DNA of 38,605 nt, from contig NC_068986.1 in NCBI RefSeq assembly GCF_001194135.2, positions 18,228,569 to 18,267,173 on the forward strand, read 5' to 3'. The notes under the pieces are model-generated. The model ran no database searches. It was not told the origin of the DNA and worked only from the letters and a program-made list of their open reading frames with translations. A program made the translations under genes and the position numbers. This stretch comes from Octopus bimaculoides. Lineage: Eukaryota. Below, piece after piece: positions 22,427 through 34,432 of the stretch; the first letter of the stretch is position 1; each line of letters begins with the position of its first letter.

Positions 22427-23648
22427 CACACCCACAAATGCACATATCTAGATACATACATACACACACATTGATTCGTGTACAATAAATAATATGAACT
22501 CGCACACAAACGCACATTGACAAAACACTTATAGATTTTTGATTAGCATCGTCTCAAAAATTCAACATAAACATAGATTGTTATCAATAGTACTTGTTAA
22601 TAATATCTAAGACATCAGTAATAAATATCTAGTGAAACGTAAAATGATCAAAATAATCTCGTTACAGATAATTACAGATGAAAACAGTATTGGATTGATC
22701 CGCTATTTGTTTTGTGTTTTTCTTGACACTGTATGTGAAACGATGACTTTCAGTGTCTCTGAAACGATAGTTATATAGCTGTTGATGCGATATAAGCTTC
22801 ATTTGATGCCAAATATTCATACCCTGCCAGATTTCAAATAATGCACATCAACAGTCTAAGAAGTTGATGGTCAGGGTTTGTCATCACCGGTTCGGTTCAT
22901 TCGGGAAAGAGATTCCACAGAATTAACTATTACCAAAACCAGTCAGGCATCTTCTCTTACGCTTACATACTCGCAAACGCATACACACTGACGCATATGC
23001 ACATAGATACTCATTTACACACACGCTCGCGCACACAGATACACACACACACACGTGCAAATACAAACTAGCAGTTGTCACTCGGTTTACATTGCGCTGG
23101 GTTTTACATGGATTCAATTTAGCTTCACTTTCGTTTGACAAAATTTTATTTTCTTTTTTATGTCACGATTACAAAAACACAAAATGTCATTTCCGCTTCG
23201 GTTTTTACATTTGACTCCGTTTTACTTCCTATTCATTCTTCGGTAAGGAGGTAAACCACACTTGAAACTAAAACATTTGTTAGAACAAGCCTTCTTCTAA
23301 TAAGTTGACCGCGAAAAAGGACAACGAAACGCATTACATACACCAATACGGAATAGCATGTAAACATTGGGTTCAGAAACACTTCAGGCTTGAAAAATTC
23401 GAAGACAGCCCGCGGTACACAAACCCACAACTCTTAAAGATATTACAGATTTTCTCACATCAGATTTTTGTATCCGAAAGGAGTTTTCAGCCCAATATTT
23501 ACATGATACTCTTTATAGCTCTTTGTGATATGCTTCCAGAAACACTTTTTCCACAACAGACTTCTACCACCTCTCGAAAGTTTATAAAATACTGACGACA
23601 TTTGTAACTATATATATGTATATATAACCATATATACATATGTTTATT

Positions 23649-23654
<6 letters not shown>

Positions 23655-23713
<59 letters not shown>
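23655..23713. repeat. (TA)n microsatellite
   Basis: Direct reading. Confidence 0.97.
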
Positions 23714-23715
<2 letters not shown>

Positions 23716-24477
23716 CGTATTTAGAGATAAATATATGAGTATGCATACGTTTACATGTATTTATACAGTGAAGTTCTATTCTGCAAATTCATAATTGGAT
23801 ATTAAGCATGCTTGTTATTATCATAAAGCACAATCAAAAGCGAGTTTTCTGTCCCGCTATAAAATTTTGCTCAAGATATTTATACTGAGATTAATTACGT
23901 GCGAAACTCTCCTAATGTTCCATAGGTGTAATGGGAAAGTAATTGGATTGTATTAGCGGTATCTACCTCAAAACATTATACCTTTCAAGAGAGAAGAATG
24001 AAAGCTGATTGAGATTATATGAGGATAGGTTTCTCCTATTAAACTGTTGCGAAAGACATTTAAGACAGCTACTAGTGTGTCATTGTTATTCAAATTAATC
24101 GTTTTTGACACTTTGATACTTCTAATGGCAAAGTTTTACAAGTGTCATTCCTTTAATATACTCAATTCTATTCAGGATGAAGTGAACTTGCTATAAATTT
24201 ATGTTGTATTTCTTGCAGATCTATATGGATGCCAACATGTCATTATTGAGGGCATAATATATTCTAAGCACCCAATATGACATCTCCAAAACCGCTAGTT
24301 GAGTAGGCTATAATTTTAAACGTAAGTATTCTTTCGAAAATATTTGGACGCAGTTTTCGTGATAACTCACGAATATGGGCTAAAAAGGACGGAGCTCAGA
24401 GGTAAAGAATTAGCAGTATCATCAAGCGCTATAATTATCAGTGATATTCAATATAGAAACTATATTAAGGACAGCGA

Positions 24478-24484
24478 TATATAC

Positions 24485-24535
<51 letters not shown>

Positions 24536-24790
24536 TGTGTGTGTGTGTGTGCGTGCGTGTATGTGCGTGTGTGTGTGTGTTTGTGTGTCTGTATTTGTCC
24601 CCCTACCATCGCTTGACAACCGATGCTGGTGTGTTTACGTCCCCGTAACTTAGCCGTTCGGCAAATAGAGGCCGATGGAATAAGTTACGGCTTACAAAGA
24701 ATAAGTCCTGGGGTCGACTAAAGATGGTGCTCCAGCATGGCCGCAGCCAAATGACTGAAACAAGTAAAAGTGTAAAAGAGTAAAAGAGTA
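24478..24790 (+). mobile_element. SINE family B, 3' half preceded by (TA)n(GT)n
   Basis: Homologous to 19021-19263; ends in (taaaagag)n-type tail; no tRNA head upstream of the microsatellite. Confidence 0.9.
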
Positions 24791-24884
24791 TGTTGAAACT
24801 AAGAACGGGGACTCAATCTGTTAGATAGAGTCCCATACGAAAAAATATTGTAGCTTTAAACACCATCTTAAATTAATGGCATTT

Positions 24885-25086
24885 CATTCTACTCAAGGCA
24901 CAAGGCACGACATCTTTGGAAGGGGGCCAGTCGATTAGATCGACCCCAGTAAACAACATAGTATATCGAACCCGAAAGGATGAAAGATAAAGTCAACCTC
25001 GGCGGAATTTGAACTCAGAATGCACAGACAGGCGAAATACCGCTAAGCTTTACGCCCGGCGTGTTAACGTTTCTGCCAGCTCGCCA
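24885..25086 (-). mobile_element. SINE family A (inner copy)
   Basis: ccgaaaggatgaaagataaagtcaacctcggcggaatttgaactcagaa...gtttctgccagctcgcc; flanked by gcattt on both sides. Confidence 0.92.
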
Positions 25087-25092
25087 GCATTT

Positions 25093-25315
25093 ACAAAGAG
25101 AATCTTATTCTACTCTATGCACAAGGCCCGAAATTTTGGGGGAAGGGGCCAGTCGATTACGATAGACCGTAGTGCGCAGCTAGTATTTACTTTATCGACC
25201 ACGAAAGATTAAAAGCAAAGTCGACCTCGACGGAATTTCAACTCAGAATGTAGAGACAATCGAAATGCCGCTAAACATTTCGCCCGGCGTCTTAACGTTT
25301 CTGCCAGCTCGCCGC
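25093..25315 (-). mobile_element. SINE family A (outer copy)
   Basis: gcaaagtcgacctcgacggaatttcaactcagaa...gtttctgccagctcgccgcc; 18-bp duplication cttaaa(t/c)taatggcattt at 24867-24884 and 25316-25333. Confidence 0.92.
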
Positions 25316-25826
25316 CTTAAACTAATGGCATTTTTTGTTGCTGGAATGGCTTTGATTATAGATTTATTCGATCACAGTTAATCCAGGTATAACCAGCAAA
25401 GCAATATGCACACATTGTCTAGTTATATATGGCTCGCCCTTAATACTAAAAAGATAGAGTTAATAAACACCATAGCAATCGTTGTACTGTAATAGTGTTT
25501 CAATAAAGCACATTTGAAAATGAATAAGAATCCTGACGTGGAATTATTTGCCAAGGCAGGAATAAAAAATAAATACTAACAAGAATCAACAAATACGACA
25601 ACACTAGACATACACACTTACACACACGCAAAATTAAGCCCGTTCAGAAATTGAAGCAGATACACAGACATACGCGTACATACACACAAAGACAGCTTGA
25701 GATCTGCTTTACATTAAAACAGACAACCAGAAGGCAAATGTTTGACACACGCAGAATCCAATTACAGATCAACAACAAATGGATGAAGTCATTCAGAAAA
25801 AGGAAAGGACAGAAACGAAAGAAAAC

Positions 25827-25827
<1 letters not shown>

Positions 25828-25893
<66 letters not shown>
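25828..25893. repeat. (TAA)n microsatellite
   Basis: Direct reading. Confidence 0.98.
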
Positions 25894-25895
<2 letters not shown>

Positions 25896-25944
25896 GGATG
25901 ACTGCAATGATACAAATAAAAGAACAGCAGTGAATATACAGATG

Positions 25945-25964
25945 ACAAAAAGAAAGGAAAAAAA

Positions 25965-26018
<54 letters not shown>

Positions 26019-26099
26019 CAGAAAGGAAGGAAGGAAGGAAGAAAGAAAGAAAGAAAGAAAGAAAAAAGAAAGGAAGAAAGAAAGGAAGGAAGAAAGGAA

Positions 26100-26145
<46 letters not shown>

Positions 26146-26185
26146 CAGAAAGAAAGACAGAAAGGAAGAAAGAAAGAAAGAATGA
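25945..26185. repeat. (GAAA)n/(GGAA)n polypurine tract
   Basis: Direct reading; source of the spurious KERK and FLSF ORFs. Confidence 0.97.
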
Positions 26186-26963
26186 AACAAAACATTAGTA
26201 TTCATGGTGAGAATAAGGAGGAAAGAGTTTGCAATCCAAATAATGTACAAACGATGCAGAAATAATGATAGGCAGATAGAATGCATGAACAATGTATACA
26301 CACAAACACATCCATTCACGCATGAACATTCACCATATGGCATATATGTGTGTGTGTGTGTGTGTGCGCGCGCGCGTGTATTTATGTGTGTATAAGTACA
26401 TATTGTCTGTCGTCAGAAATTGAAACCGACTACGCAAATAAACCAGCTGAATATAATTAAGCTTCCTGCGACAGAGGTAACCAGAATCAGATGAAACAAT
26501 GAAAGTCACTCTACATAGTCATTCGAATATTTGTAATAGCAACCAAGTCTATCTTTCGCCCCACTTAGACGACTAGAATAAAGAAGGATCCATTATATAA
26601 TGCACTGTTATAGTAATACGGAAACAATGGGATTTTCAAAGCAATAATTGATTGTAAAATTTGTAACACATACGCGTGGTTAAACAAGGTATGCCATGGG
26701 ATTTGCATTTCGGTTTTACGAAATCACTAATGTTAAAGCAATTTGGAATGCTACATGTCATGCATGTTAAAGTTGTGATGAAAAACTCAATTTAAAGCAA
26801 TCAGATATATAGAAGTAAACGCAATCTCTAACAGATACATATATACAGATCGAAACTTTCACATAGACACGCAAACAAGAATGCACACATCCATACATGT
26901 TAACGTATATGCTTGTTTGCATCCTTAAATACGCATGTTCACTCACACATATAAGATATACAT

Positions 26964-27027
<64 letters not shown>

Positions 27028-27559
27028 GGAACAAAAACGCGATAGAGGATATTAAAACATTCGGCCAGATAGACGATACAAAAGCAGACAAGAGAAACAA
27101 CAATTACAAGGAAAGGACTGGCAAACAAAAGACGGGTCATCGTGGCTTTCTTTCCCCATTCAAGACCATTTCCTGAAGTTACACTTGAGATGGTTCGATC
27201 GGGTTGCCTCCCAAATAGTCTAAGCTAAGTGCGTTAGACCCCATTGTAAGAACGCTAGCGAATGTGTACGGCAACAAAGATAAAAGACAAACAAGTAAAA
27301 AAAAAAACCGAGAACATGGTACGGATACAAACAAAAACAAATAATAACAGTCGTCTTTCGAATGAGAATGAATCAAATTGTGCTGACGTGTATGAAGTGA
27401 AAGCCTAAAAGCAGGAACATGGGATATGGACACAAGAGGCGTGGCAAACGGCAGTCAAGCCAACAGAGAAAGATCATGGCTGGCTGGACACCAGTCATGT
27501 GGAAAGAGAAGAGATGGGTAGAGGACAGTTGGATTGAAGGATTAGAAAAAAATATGCAT

Positions 27560-27635
27560 TGCGTGTTTGGGGAAGAACCCTAAAGCATAAGGTTGTAAAC
27601 AAACGTCTTACCACATAGCCGTGCTTGAGCCTATA
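27560..27635 (-). mobile_element. Possible isolated tRNA-like SINE head
   Basis: Reverse complement aggctcaagcacggctatgtggtaagacgtttgtttacaacc...agggttc has an A-box-like CGGCTATGTGG and a degenerate B-box. Confidence 0.35.
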
Positions 27636-27831
27636 TACTCATCTATAGGTATTTAGAGAGAGAGAAAGAGAGAGGGAGGAGAGGTAATGTTGAGGTATGA
27701 GATCAAGTAATCTAATAGACAGTTGTGAACGTGGAAACACATGGTTATGTTCACACAAGAATTTATAACTTTCGGTACGCTAACTCATAAACATGCATGC
27801 TTACAAACATATCGGTTTCCGATTTGTGAAT

Positions 27832-27981
27832 ACAGGTACTACTCATTTTTGCCAGCTCAGTAGACTGGAGCAACGTAAAATAAAGTGTCTTGCTCAAGGA
27901 CACAACGCGTCTCCGGAAACTGAACTCACGACCTTACGATCGTATGCCGAATGCTCTAACCACTAAGCCATGCGCTTTCAC
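27832..27981 (-). mobile_element. tRNA-headed CORE-like SINE, 5' part
   Basis: The - strand reads gcgcatggcttagtggttagagcattcggc..gtcgtgagttcagtttcc (A-box TGGCTTAGTGG, B-box), then tgtgtccttgagcaagacacttta, which resembles the CORE/V-domain motif of MIR-like SINEs. Confidence 0.85.
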
Positions 27982-28565
27982 CATTATATATGTAGGCATG
28001 TATGTACATGTGTATATATATGTATGTATTCCTGAACATATAACCGATGTATGTGAGGTTTGTATGTGCCTGCGTATATCTGTGTATAACCCGTGAAGAC
28101 CCATAATTATCAATGCTAATAGAGACTTTTAACGCAACAACAACAGACATTGATGTGATAAATTCCATCGCCATTTTAGGTGTTAAATACTTAAATTCAT
28201 GATTTACGACCTGCTTTACTGCGTTAATTATTGATTGCTTTTGCTTTAAACGTGACACGACCGGCTTACCATACTACATTACTTTTGTTCTATAGTTGTC
28301 TAGCACTTTAGAGGGATAAACCACTACAAAAAGCGAAATGTGGTTTGGCTGTATAGAACGCAAGTTTCATGTTCAATTCCTATGAACGAATTTAACTCGA
28401 GTAGTCACGAAATTTTTTTTATCTTATGTGTCTTTTCTTTGTAGTTTCTAAGACTTGATTTAAGGCACTGAATAATTTCTGTAGTGGGTTTTTTTTTTCT
28501 GTAGCGGACGTTGGAAAGTTATGTTTCAAACTATTAAAAGTAAACTGGTTGAGGAACGACCTTAA

Positions 28566-28675
28566 CATATTGGTTTCAAATTTTGGTTCAAGACAAGTAT
28601 TTTGTGGCGTAAGTGGGGTAAGTCGATTGCATTGGCTCTAGTGTTCAAATGGTACGTATTTTATTTCCTCTGATT
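28566..28675 (-). mobile_element. SINE family A, 3' half only
   Basis: Reverse complement aaaatacgtacc..gccaatgcaatcgacttacc..cttgaaccaaaatttgaaaccaatat, same tail as 20279-20486. Confidence 0.6.
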
Positions 28676-30134
28676 CTACCTCACACCAATATATGTATTA
28701 CATTTGTTCTCTTTCATTTTTGGTTGAAATTTTTTTTAAACGGCCAGTTATGTTTGAATTTGCAACACGTTTTACTAACATTTGCCATTATAAAATTACT
28801 GCCAATATTATTCATACCTATAGTATTAGGTTTATTCTGCTTTTATAATTTATAATTTATAATTTTATGGCTAAAATGAGAGAATTCTTTGGTTATTTCC
28901 ATTTCTATATCTGAAGAGTTCATCGTATTTATTCTATAATTTTATTCATCACGGCTGCTTTGTAAAGTATCTGTATTTTTCCTATCCCACTTATTATAGA
29001 AGCTACTCAATTTTTTTTAATATTAATTGAAGAAATAATTTGAAAAACGTTTTGTGAGACGGAGAATCCAATTTGAATATTATTAGTGCTAATTATCTCG
29101 TTATATTTATTATCTTTAGTGTACTTCTTGGCAATAGACCTGTACACGGATTTGACTAAATTAATTTGAACACTAATTTTGATGCCGTGGAATGCGAAAG
29201 TCATATTCAAAGGAAATTATAAACTATACCCCAGTTTCATAAAAATTAAATGAATATAAATTGATCCTTAGCACCAGTAATTATGACTAATTTATTTAGA
29301 AAATGATTTAATATAAACTATACTATCTTTTCATGTTCTCACAATTAATAAGTCATAAAAGAAATTAATAGATCAACTTACTGTTAACCCTAATAGAAAA
29401 TAATATATGCAAATTTAATGTTTCCTTTGTTTTTCAGGCATATTAACACAGACACGCACATAAAAACATTAAAACAGAAACCATACACGCTTCTAACAGT
29501 TAATTTTTTTTTTTTAATATTAACACGCACACATGGATCCACGAATGTTGAGATGCTTAGTCAGTTGAGACGACTCAATCAACTAAGCTATAATTCCAAT
29601 TGTGTCAATTTTTCGCCCTTACGAAATATTTAAGTCGCAATTTTCAAAAGGCAAATTTGATTTACAAATTTGTAATATGAATGTGTTGTACTTGGAAGAA
29701 ATTATAGGCAAATGTAAATTGACAATATGTTTATAAATTGATGTTATTAGTTAAAACTCTCCATTTTCTACCGAAAATATGCCCATATATCTCGAAGAGA
29801 AACAAACATCTATTAATATATACCTGGTCTCCGTGACTTGTTTAATATTTTGTACCTATTATAAAATAACAAACCCAATAAACTACTAAATAAAACGTGT
29901 ATCTTAGGAATTGCATCGATATATACGATTAAACCGGGAAACTTGGATTTGGATCCTAACATTGCTTTTAAGAGAAAACTATATCCTTATAATAACACAC
30001 ACACGCATATATATATATATATATATATGGATGTGCCTACTATCTGTGTGTGTGGGTGTGAGCGTATGTATATATGTATTTATATCTGTGTGTGTGTATA
30101 TATATACATATATGCATACATGCATACCCACAGT

Positions 30135-30170
<36 letters not shown>

Positions 30171-30534
30171 AGGATACAAACATATATTAGTAGTTATGTG
30201 TCTGCCCCCATTAATTTTTGACAAACAGTAGTACTTTATTCGCTTCATTTTACCAACTGGTTTCCTAACAGACATCGATAGAATGAATCTCATGCTTAAA
30301 TCTAACATACCAAAATAAAACACATCCACGTTCTGAAACTGAGAAATGTCTTGCAGGAACATACGGTTCCACTTATAGACTGTATTTACAATGTTTGATT
30401 TAGCATGTTGATTTCTTCTTTCTGAAAGCATTATCTGATACAAAGTGTCATTTAGTTATTTTATAATTGAGAGAGGTTTTGATGAGAATGTTCCACTAAT
30501 TTTCCTTTAATTGATATGTTTGTATATACTCAAT

Positions 30535-30960
30535 AAAAGGAGACAGTCAATTTATTGAATGGCATTGTATATAACCATTTGCATTTTCAGCGAATTGGAA
30601 AGGAGGTGCCATGCAAAGAAGATCAGCTCAAACGACAATTCTGTTGACATTAAAATTTCCTCAACTGATCTCTGAAATCTGCGATCGCATATGTATGTAT
30701 CGCTCAGGACTAGTGAGCCACCAAAGAAGACATGTATGAAGACCAGTTACAATCTACGACTTCCTTGCAGGAACCAACTTGTCTACCAGAAAATGTGTAT
30801 AAATCGCTCGACTTTATCTAGGCATATGAGCGGAGAGAGAATATCATCACATTTCTCTGGAGCAAACAAGAAGTCAGAAGAATTTTTTATGAATGTCTAA
30901 CCTGCAACAATTTCTGCATGTCGCTGGCAGGATTGAAGAGTCATTGTCGTTCTCAAGACC
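30535..30960 (+). pseudogene. Decayed RTE-like LINE C-terminus with three degenerate C2H2 zinc fingers
   Basis: SEICDRICMYRSGLVSHQRRH (30671-30733), C..QKMCINRSTLSRHM (30780-30828, frameshifted) and ECLTCNNFCMSLAGLKSHCRSQ (30891-30956); x2/x12/x3 spacing in fingers 1 and 3; no TGEKP linkers. Confidence 0.55.
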
Positions 30961-31221
30961 TACAATACTGTTACGCGTCTCTTTAGTGAACCATGGTCAT
31001 AGTTCTAATGTACAAGAAACAAAAAAATGAAGACAAGTGTAAGAACAACAAGCATACGTTTTAGTTTAACGCTCGGGAAAAATGGAAGAGCCTCTTACGT
31101 TTCGAGCCTACGGACTACGGATTAAGAGGGAAAACATGAAGTAAAAAAAAGGAAAAAAAAAACGAAAAAATCAGCAGAGTTCACTATGTTAATAAGATAG
31201 GGAAAAGAGGCTGAATGAAGG

Positions 31222-31222
31222 A

Positions 31223-31280
<58 letters not shown>

Positions 31281-31282
31281 TA

Positions 31283-31319
<37 letters not shown>
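31222..31319. repeat. Compound (TAG)n-(TAA)n microsatellite
   Basis: Direct reading. Confidence 0.97.
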
Positions 31320-31320
<1 letters not shown>

Positions 31321-31752
31321 GGTAACTGTGACCCAACGAACTCAGATTGTATGTGGGTGTGTGGATAATGGTGGGTGGCGTGGGTGCTGAGAAGTTTTTG
31401 GTGCTAGTGTGTGTATAATGGTGTGTGAAATGTTTAATGTGTTGAACAGTGTATAAGGATGTATGTATAGTGGCATATGCGTGGTGAGAGTACAAATGTA
31501 GGCGGTATGCAGGTGTGTAGGTGGAGGTAGGCAGTTAAATGTTGAGCATGTGGGAATCCGTGTGCGTTTGATGTCAGATGAAGTTAGGTAGTGAGTTGAG
31601 CCCATTTGTCACAAAAGAACGAAGACAGAAGATTATATCATGTTCGTTTCGAAAGCGGGAATCTGGGTGGCCCTTATGCTGAGACAATCCTAACACAGAC
31701 AGATCTCGTTTAAGGAATCAATACCCAACATGTATTATACTTATATATGCAC

Positions 31753-31788
<36 letters not shown>

Positions 31789-34057
31789 ATTTGTGAGAGA
31801 GAGAGTGAGAGGGAGAGAGAGGTTTGGACATAGACTGCGTAAGAAGAATGGTCAAGCGTGTCTACAAAATATATCAGCTATGATTCAGAATGCACCATTT
31901 CTTCTCTGCGAAAAGTCTGCTTTTTTCCGCTACGACGTATATACGGAGAAAGGATTGGTCCCGCTCATTGAGTTTCACAAAGCTTGATTGTCATATTCAA
32001 TACTGCTTCTGTGACAGCACAGGACACGAACTACCCACTCATTCACCGACCACCTTCAGGTTATGACAGAAATCTTAGTGATACTTTGAATATCGACCCT
32101 ATTGATCGAATCAAATTTCCCCCATTTACTACATCAACTTATATTATTCATTCCATTCAGATCTTGAAATAATTCTCTTCAATATCGATTTCTGATTTAA
32201 AATGAAGTCGATGAGATTGTTCAATGTGTATAAAATTTGCCAGTGGCGCTAGTGATGATATAAATAAACTGAACTGTCCAAAACCAAGAATCGAAATATT
32301 TTCACGGTCTGTCGCCCGACAGCGATCAGCACAAGATAATTATATTAACGAGATTTATGGGGTCAATACGCACCCGTGACAACAATGAACATTTTATATT
32401 TTATTTCACATATTATTTTTTGTTTTNNNNNNNNNNACACACACACACACACACACACACTCACACACACACGCACACACACATATGAATATGGGCGTAT
32501 ATGGGCGCACAATTATAATTAAATATATATGTGTGTATATATCTTATTTCCCATTCAGAAACAAACATTAGCTAGTGAATGAATATTTGGCTAGCAGTCC
32601 TTACGTATATATAATTCATGAACAACTATCTTGTATGTTTTATAAAGAAGCGTTAATAAAAAAGTTTTCTCAAATATGCGCTGTCACGGAATTCTTCATA
32701 AATGTTGTCAAGTGTACAACCCTATAAACGGAAATGGTGAAAATGTTTCTGATCATGGGCAAGTTGGTGACAGAAAGTTATGATAGGAAAGCGATAATTT
32801 GTTTGTTAGAAGAGTATATTTGTTTGAAAGTTTATAATTACTAAATAAATTCAGAGCGAAATGACTACAACTTTTTCTGTAAAATATTTGAGATGACACA
32901 AAATATAATGAAATATTCCTAGTTAAGTTTAACTCAATATATACATACGTACGCACGCACATACACACATATATTTATGTATATATATATATATATATNN
33001 NNNNNNNNNNNNNNNNNNNNNNNNNNNNNNNNNNNNNNNNNNNNNNNNNNNNNNNNNNNNNNNNNNNNNNNNNNNNNNNNNNNNNNNNNNNNNNNNNNNN
33101 NNNNNNNNNNNNNNNNNNNNNNNNNNNNNNNNNNNNNNNNNNNNNNNNNNNNNNNNNNNNNNNNNNNNNNNNNNNNNNNNNNNNNNNNNNNNNNNNNNNN
33201 NNNNNNNNNNNNNNNNNNNNNNNNNNNNNNNNNNNNNNNNNNNNNNNNNNNNNNNNNNNNNNNNNNNNNNNNNNNNNNNNNNNNNNNNNNNNNNNNNNNN
33301 NNNNNNNNNNNNNNNNNNNNNNNNNNNNNNNNNNNNNNNNNNNNNNNNNNNNNNNNNNNNNNNNNNNNNNNNNNNNNNNNNNNNNNNNNNNNNNNNNNNN
33401 NNNNNNNNNNNNNNNNNNNNNNNNNNNNNNNNNNNNNNNNNNNNNNNNNNNNNNNNNNNNNNNNNNNNNNNNNNNNNNNNNNNNNNNNNNNNNNNNNNNN
33501 NNNNNNNNNNNNNNNNNNNNNNNNNNNNNNNNNNNNNNNNNNNNNNNNNNNNNNNNNNNNNNNNNNNNNNNNNNNNNNNNNNNNNNNNNNNNNNNNNNNN
33601 NNNNNNNNNNNNNNNNNNNNNNNNNNNNNNNNNNNNNNNNNNNNNNNNNNNNNNNNNNNNNNNNNNNNNNNNNNNNNNNNNNNNNNNNNNNNNNNNNNNN
33701 NNNNNNNNNNNNNNNNNNNNNNNNNNNNNNNNNNNNNNNNNNNNNNNNNNNNNNNNNNNNNNNNNNNNNNNNNNNNNNNNNNNNNNNNNNNNNNNNNNNN
33801 NNNNNNNNNNNNNNNNNNNNNNNNNNNNNNNNNNNNNNNNNNNNNNNNNNNNNNNNNNNNNNNNNNNNNNNNNNNNNNNNNNNNNNNNNNNNNNNNNNNN
33901 NNNNNNNNNNNNNNNNNNNNNNNNNNNNNNNNNNNNNNNNNNNNNNNNNNNNNNNNNNNNNNNNNNNNNNNNNNNNNNNNNNNATATATATATATATATA
34001 TATATATATATACTCACTTATGTAAGCACATATATACGTATACATAAGGATAAATTC

Positions 34058-34101
34058 TGAGATAGATAGATAAATAGTTATATAAATAGATGGATAGATA
34101 T

Positions 34102-34157
<56 letters not shown>

Positions 34158-34200
34158 GGAGAGAGAGAGAGAGAAAGAGTGAGAGAGATAGACAGACAGA
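34058..34200. repeat. (GATA)n/(GA)n tract
   Basis: Direct reading. Confidence 0.95.
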
Positions 34201-34201
34201 A

Positions 34202-34432
34202 GGCGGCGAGCTTGGCAGAAACGTTAACACGCCGGGCGAAATACTTAGCGTTATTTAGTCTGTCGTTACGTTGTGAGTTCAAATTCCGCCGCGATCGACT
34301 TAGCCTTTCATCCTTTGAGGTTTGATAAATTAAGTACAAGTTACGCACTGGGGTCTATGTAATCGACTTAATTCCTTTGTCTCTCCTTGTTTGTCCCCTC
34401 TATGTTTAGCCCCTTGTGGGCAATAAAGAAAG
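34202..34432 (+). mobile_element. Best-preserved SINE family A copy
   Basis: ggcggcgagcttggcagaaacgttaacacgccgggcgaaa (A-box-like TGGCAGAAACG), gagttcaaattcc (B-box), gcctttcatcctttgaggtttgataaattaagtac core, tail gccccttgtgggcaataaagaaa. Confidence 0.93.

Noticed and set aside
23305-23595. 96-aa non-repetitive ORF starting at TTG
   Set aside because: No true ATG start, no recognisable domain; only a faint Tc1 HTH-like EDSPR word.
27900-27981. tRNA-like sequence
   Set aside because: A and B boxes are present but there is no acceptor stem, and it continues into a SINE core; not a tRNA gene. No CRISPR array, rRNA or prokaryotic features were seen anywhere in the window.
31030-31115. Hammerhead-ribozyme-like half on the - strand (cgtaggctcgaaacgtaag), reminiscent of Penelope-type termini
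   Set aside because: The GAAA and part of stem II are present but the CUGANGA core and pairing partner are missing; at most a dead remnant.
31820-32250. HRPPS (+) and GPILSPYI (-) words recalling CR1/L2 endonuclease and RT motifs
   Set aside because: The motifs are on opposite strands and not collinear.
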